Shown here one piece after another: positions 59,779-64,000 of a stretch of 64,000 nucleotides of DNA. The stretch is from Ignavibacteriota bacterium (GTDB taxonomy: Bacteria; Bacteroidota; Ignavibacteria; UBA10030). Under the pieces are notes generated by a model. The model had not been told where the DNA came from. It did not search any database and saw only the letters and a program-made list of their open reading frames with translations. The position numbers were made by a program, and so were the translations under genes. Numbering within the stretch: the stretch's first letter is position 1; each line of letters starts with the position of its first letter. The stretch covers positions 24,490-88,489 of the forward strand of contig CAVZWL010000023.1 of assembly GCA_963778945.1 (NCBI GenBank). The letters run 5' to 3'.

Positions 59779-60125
59779 TGCTCCCGTTGTCGCTTTCTGC
59801 GTTCAACACTTCACTGGATATAATAAAGAAAGAGAGAAGAGCAAACAATCCCCATTTATAGGGATGAGCAAGTTCAGAGCTGGATGAACGATCCTTCTTT
59901 GCCCGGTTTTTCTAGCAGGGTGCCGCTTCAATTGAGTAATATGTCTTTTGCCATGCAGAAGTGCATTATTTCCGCAGCACGAGGCCTGCCCGCCGTATAT
60001 AGTATATGCAATGGCAGGCGGGTCACCTGGAATACAAGATTATTTTTTGGGCCTGGCATTAGATTTGTCAGGATAAAAAGAGGAATGACGCGGTAAAAGG
60101 AGTTCTGTCTGCTCAGAAGAGGATG

Positions 60126-61196
60126 CTAATTGATGTCCTTGGACGAGATTAATCCATTCAACAACGCGAACACCGTTAATCCGGCGACAGTCTTGATTTG
60201 CAGCTTGCGTGTAATATTTTTTCGATGCGAAATAACCGTGTGGAGACTGATCGAGAGTTTATCCGCGATCTGTTTATTAATAAAGCCGCATGCAACGAGC
60301 TGCAGAACTTCCAGTTCGCGCGATGTAAGTCCCTCTAATTTTTGTAATCCTTGCGGTATTTGATAAACTTCCTTTACCGGCGCAGCTTTGTGCCCTGTTG
60401 TTTGTACAGAGGATCCGGCTACCAAAACCTTAAGAGCGTTCTTACCCGCCGTACGTCTGGAATGCTCTGCTGGATAAAACAAGATATCTTCCATATCTTC
60501 CACAAGCGGCAGCAGTATATTATTTTCGATGCGGGTATGGTCCTGAATGTCTTTTTCCAGACGGAATAATTCGAAAACAACTTCCCGATACACCGCATTC
60601 ATCGAATCGCCGCGTACATATTTAATGAGAATATTTTTCAGATCGTAGAGTTTTTCATCCACGTCTGTATGTTCCTCTTCATAGACGTGCATGGAATATT
60701 TCGAGAGTGCGCGTTTTTCACGCGCCGATGGATGAGGCGTATGAAACAGCCGGTAAACTTTTTTCACATAGGGGAAGGTCGTTGTTTCTTCCCGTTCCAG
60801 GTGACTGAACAATTCCCGTTTATATTCCAGGAAGAACTTCTTGATAAGCTTCAGATTCTTCGCATCGGAAGGGCGGTGCCGAAGCAGGTTGTTGAGCAGC
60901 CTCTCGATGAGCGGCACCTGCGTTTCGATATAATACGAATGCGTTTTTTGCAAATACGCAACAATCATAAGCACGTTGAATGCCTGCAGTTTTTTTTCAG
61001 GGAAATACTGTTCATTGCTAAAGGCATTTGCAAGAGCAAGAAAGAATTCCACGTTGACGCCGTGATGCCTGCAAACCTCCCCAACAGTATGTTCGCCAAA
61101 CCCCAGAGGAATGCCGAAACGTCCGATAACGGGCATCAGCAGATAATTGCCGTGGACGACATCGGCCATTTTCATATGTGAGGTAAAGAATTTCAT
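60126..61196 (-). CDS. LuxR/GerE-type HTH regulator fused to an N-terminal hemerythrin/RIC(ScdA)-like domain
   Basis: The C-terminal LTSRELEVLQLVACGFINKQIADKLSISLHTVISHRKNITRKL is a GerE HTH. The N-terminal 240 aa has an ScdA_N-like start (VGEVCRHHGVNVEFF) and four His/Glu helices (QKTHSYY, LFSHLEREE, EEEHTDVDE, IQDHTRIENNILLP). Confidence 0.7.
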   Translation of the reverse strand: MKFFTSHMKMADVVHGNYLLMPVIGRFGIPLGFGEHTVGEVCRHHGVNVEFFLALANAFSNEQYFPEKKLQAFNVLMIVAYLQKTHSYYIETQVPLIERLLNNLLRHRPSDAKNLKLIKKFFLEYKRELFSHLEREETTTFPYVKKVYRLFHTPHPSAREKRALSKYSMHVYEEEHTDVDEKLYDLKNILIKYVRGDSMNAVYREVVFELFRLEKDIQDHTRIENNILLPLVEDMEDILFYPAEHSRRTAGKNALKVLVAGSSVQTTGHKAAPVKEVYQIPQGLQKLEGLTSRELEVLQLVACGFINKQIADKLSISLHTVISHRKNITRKLQIKTVAGLTVFALLNGLISSKDIN

Positions 61197-61661
61197 CGTA
61201 TATCCAATAGAGTGAACAGTTGAATCAATCGAATGGTTTCTTTGCGTACAGAAGAAAGCGAGCGCGCCGCTGTTTAGGCCAATCTCCTTGTATTGCTTCT
61301 CTGAGAAAATTATTTAAGAGCAAATCCGCCTGACCTGATGAAAACTCATACTTCATGAGGCAAGACCGGAAGAAAACAAGCGGAGTCTGGCTGTGCTTCA
61401 AAGGAAGGCAGGACTTCCTTCAATATCATATCATTCTCAATGGGCAGCGCCCTGTTCTGTAACGCTTTCGGCTCGCTGGGCTGTCTTGATTCCAGGGATA
61501 GTTTTTTTCTCACGTCGGTGGACTCTCGCGGAGGAGTATTGATATCGCATTTTGTGCGATCGTCATGAGTGTGCGCCTAAGGCGCTGCGGCATAAAACGC
61601 CGCTTACCTTCGGACTGCCTGAAGAACCGGTATATCAATAAAGTTGCGCCCAAAAATGGCA

Positions 61662-62490
61662 TCAGGCCGATTGACGAATAACAAGCTCCGGATTGAACAC
61701 GAGCTTTCTTGGTTTCGAGAGAATTTCCTCTCTATCGATGACAGTCATCTTGTATGTTGCTTCGGCTATCTTTTCCAAAGGCTGCTTGATGGTCGTAAGC
61801 GAAGGAGTCGAAAGTCTCGCTACAAGCAAGTCATCAAATCCAACAATTGCAATATCTTCAGGAATACGCTTTCCCCGCTCTTTGGTTACATTCATCAGTC
61901 CGAGCGCGCAGTTATCACCTGCCGCACAAAAGACAGCATCGACTTCCATGTCTATCAATTTCGGCATGACCTCAAGACCGTCTTCGCGCGTATAGTAGGT
62001 CACCTCTATCGCACATCCCGTCGGTATGGAGAGCCCCTTTGCGTTCAGCGCCTGCTGGAATCCCTTAAGTCTTTGTTCTGCATTATAGCCGCCTTCTACC
62101 TTCGTTCTTCCGGAGACGATAGCGATCTTCTTCCTCCCCTTCTTTATCAAATACTCTGCCGCTATTCGCCCTCCCATAAGGTTGTCCGTGCTGATCAAAG
62201 ATACTCCTTCCGCCTTTTCATCGATCAGTACCAATTGGTACATTCGCAGCAGTGTAGGCATCAACTGTTTCGGCATCAAGACGAATGTCCATAACGATTA
62301 AAGCGGTTGGTTTGACCTGCTCAAGCGCCTGAAACAACCGTTCCTTCTGCATACCGGGATCATCCTTCAGCGATCGCAGTATGATTTCTTCCGATCTGAA
62401 GAATTTTTTCAGCTGATCATGAAATGCGATGTATATTGCAGACTGGAATGACGGAGCCGCCATCACAATTTTTCTATTCTGGTCGGTCAT
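61662..62490 (-). pseudogene. LacI-type periplasmic-binding-fold sugar-binding domain protein lacking the HTH, one frameshift
   Basis: It begins MTDQNRKIVMAAPSFQSAIY, where LacI repressors begin their core domain after the HTH. ...AANVP / VLIDEKAEGVSLISTDNLMGGRIAAEYL...VGFDD follows. The frame switch is at about 62231..62238. Confidence 0.7.
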
Positions 62491-62736
62491 TTGAGTGTTC
62501 CTTTCTCTCTATTGAAGAATACATTTTCCAAAAGGATACCATACATGAATCCTGGTACAAACAGCCGGCATACTCTATCACCTGCCTTTATTCATTCCGC
62601 TGTAAAGGCGCATCAATGCAGGGCACATTGACAGCATCAACGTACTGCATGTTGACACCTTTAAGGGATGATAATAATCGATATACATTCCCGCCGGCTG
62701 TTCCATTTATTTTTTTTATCGATGACAATGTTTTCC

Positions 62737-63762
62737 TTAGTGTGAAGATGTTTTTGTGATCCATTTATTCCAATTGAGAGACCATTCATTTACATTTTTT
62801 TCCGTTACCGTGTACATCGGACTAAACATGAGCGGCTGCTTTGGCGCTTTATTTTTGACTATTTTATCGAGCAATATCTCGACCGATTTATAACCTTTCT
62901 CAAAATAATTCGCTGCAATAAGACTTTGCACATATCCACTTTTAATATAATCGAGTTGAATTTGAACTGCATTGCCGGCGACTATTTTTATTTCTCCAGG
63001 TTTCCAGGGGAAAGGATCCTTCGACTGAAATACCCGGCTGCCCATCAATATCCATCCTGCTATGTCAGGATTCGATTTTTGCTCTCGTTTGATCATTTCA
63101 GCAGACACATCTGCAATCTCGATGCTGTGGAAGATATTACTTCCCGGGAGCTTAATGTCCGGATGTTTTTTGAGTTCTTCCTGAATTCCCTTAAGACGAA
63201 GCTGTTGGTTCAATGCATTTGCATTTCCTGCCAGAACTGCAATCGTTCCCTTGCCTTTTATTGCGTCGGCAAGCTGCCGCATAAGAGCTTTCCCGAATTC
63301 AATATCGTCAGCGCCATAATACGCAAATCGTTTACTCTTTGGCGCATCTGAATCGAAACACATAACCGGAATACCTTTTTCGACAGCCCCATCGATAACG
63401 GGCGTTAAATAGTTTTCATCAGAGCAGGCAATTGCTATCCCGCCTGCACCGGAACGTGTGAGCCGCTCAATGGCAGCTGCTTGTTCCTGGACGTTGTCAT
63501 CTTCCGGAGTTGCCCAGTCGATCGTTATATCGATATTATTTTTTAATCCCAGATCCTTTGCAGCCGCTATTGCCCCTGAGTGTTCAGCCATAAATATTGG
63601 ATTAGAGGCAATTCTCCCTATAAAACCGATGATTATTTTCTTCCGGTTTGAATTGTTCTTGCTTGTCTGAGCAAAAACTAAATTAAAGGTCAAAAACACA
63701 CAGAAGAAAAAAATTATTCCGTGTCTCATACTCTCCGCATCCTTATCATTCATGTTTCTCAT
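62737..63762 (-). CDS. Sugar ABC-type periplasmic substrate-binding protein (RbsB-like)
   Basis: A signal peptide is present. KKIIIGFIGRIASNPIFMAEHSGAIAAAKDLG and the type I periplasmic-binding fold pattern are present. Confidence 0.75.
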   Translation of the reverse strand: MRNMNDKDAESMRHGIIFFFCVFLTFNLVFAQTSKNNSNRKKIIIGFIGRIASNPIFMAEHSGAIAAAKDLGLKNNIDITIDWATPEDDNVQEQAAAIERLTRSGAGGIAIACSDENYLTPVIDGAVEKGIPVMCFDSDAPKSKRFAYYGADDIEFGKALMRQLADAIKGKGTIAVLAGNANALNQQLRLKGIQEELKKHPDIKLPGSNIFHSIEIADVSAEMIKREQKSNPDIAGWILMGSRVFQSKDPFPWKPGEIKIVAGNAVQIQLDYIKSGYVQSLIAANYFEKGYKSVEILLDKIVKNKAPKQPLMFSPMYTVTEKNVNEWSLNWNKWITKTSSH

Positions 63763-63903
63763 TATCCGGTCGTCGCCGATTTAATCATTGATGCATTATA
63801 TTGACGGTTCTTTTATATGCCTCATACTTCCCGTCTCCTTTGAGGCGGGAAGTAAAAATTTAAAAAAGGATAAAAACCCGCCCGTTCCTGCTATTTGATG
63901 AAG

Positions 63904-64000
63904 CTATCGATTTACCGCTTCCTTGAGCAGCCATTTTTTCCAATTAAGCGACCATTCATCCAGATTTTTTTCTGTAACTTGGGTCGGTGGATCAGGAATA
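63904..64000 (-). CDS. C-terminal end of a second, paralogous sugar-binding protein (5' part outside the window)
   Basis: The minus-strand translation IPDPPTQVTEKNLDEWSLNWKKWLLKEAVNR* parallels the C-terminus of 62737..63762 (YTVTEKNVNEWSLNWNKWITKTSSH*). Confidence 0.6.
   Translation of the reverse strand, partial: IPDPPTQVTEKNLDEWSLNWKKWLLKEAVNR

Noticed and set aside
59779-60125. I searched upstream of feoA for a Fur box (GATAATGATAATCATTATC-like) and a terminator. I noted a 7-bp hairpin gcctgcc...ggcaggc enclosing an AT palindrome tatatagtatata at about 59985..60025.
   Set aside because: There is no 19-bp Fur-like match. The hairpin lacks a T-tract, and the AT palindrome is short and unique. 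I do not call a site.
43952-62294. Other long antisense ORFs are 43952..44458, 45885..46520, 51630..52271, 53271..53849, 58235..58840 and 61644..62294.
   Set aside because: Each lies fully inside a confidently assigned gene on the other strand (BNR, GH28-like, cytochrome/GMC, GMC, feoB, LacI-type core). Each has junk-like, Arg- or Cys-rich composition.
1-64000. I looked on both strands for CRISPR arrays, tRNA/rRNA/tmRNA genes, transposases, integrases, phage genes, toxin-antitoxin pairs and known defence systems.
   Set aside because: I noticed no regularly spaced direct repeats, no tRNA-like T-arm or acceptor patterns, and no recombinase, transposase or defence-type motifs among the ORFs. 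Absence is by eye only. A tRNAscan, Infernal, DefenseFinder or PADLOC run would be decisive.

Overview
The window is a 64-kb chromosomal segment with moderate GC (judged by eye, not computed). It most likely comes from an FCB-group bacterium, with Ignavibacteriota or Bacteroidota-like as the best guess. The evidence is two proteins ending in T9SS-type C-terminal sorting domains (...QNYPNPFNP...KMILLK) and TonB-dependent receptors of the CarboxypepD_reg type followed by DUF4249. I can support about 55 genes. I saw no rRNA, tRNA, CRISPR array, transposase, integrase or phage gene.

Gene content runs as follows:
- 1-9.6 kb: envelope and housekeeping genes (sodC, PAP2 phosphatase, TBDR+DUF4249, flotillin, LysE).
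- 9.7-28.4 kb: a mixed accessory stretch with an XRE membrane regulator, AI-2E transporter, four-helix-bundle protein, two DinB-family proteins, an OmpR/HisK pair, YgiQ radical SAM, small detox-type genes (SRPBCC, YciI, PhnB/VOC), manA, lipocalin and DOPA dioxygenase.
- 28.7-34.7 kb: an ECF-sigma / FecR / TonB-receptor module with a serpin and a small lipoprotein inserted in it.
- 34.9-57.0 kb: a large glycan-utilisation locus with GH27, a PMI-like gene, a hexuronate-type MFS transporter, two DUF362 paralogs, a BNR propeller, a GH28-like gene, GH78, YdjC and GH3-T9SS. It has no SusC/SusD pair.
- 57.2-61.2 kb: feoA-feoB plus the Cys-rich peptide gene, preceded by a hemerythrin/RIC-like-LuxR fusion regulator.
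- 61.7-64.0 kb: an HTH-less LacI-type domain gene and tandem sugar-binding-protein paralogs.

The most interesting points are these:
1. A gamma-alpha-beta flavoprotein dehydrogenase operon sits inside the glycan locus (50940..54311). Its cytochrome partner is a membrane-anchored nine-haem protein rather than the classical trihaem subunit.
2. Divergent DUF362 paralogs of unknown function lie in the same locus.
3. A serpin is wired into an ECF/FecR/TBDR cassette.
4. A di-iron-like sensor is fused to LuxR upstream of feoAB.
5. Gene lesions are unusually dense: 8 genes carry 9 frameshifts and 3 in-frame stops. This is either genuine gene decay or assembly indel error and must be resolved at read level.

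All family assignments are by-eye motif recognition. No database search was run.
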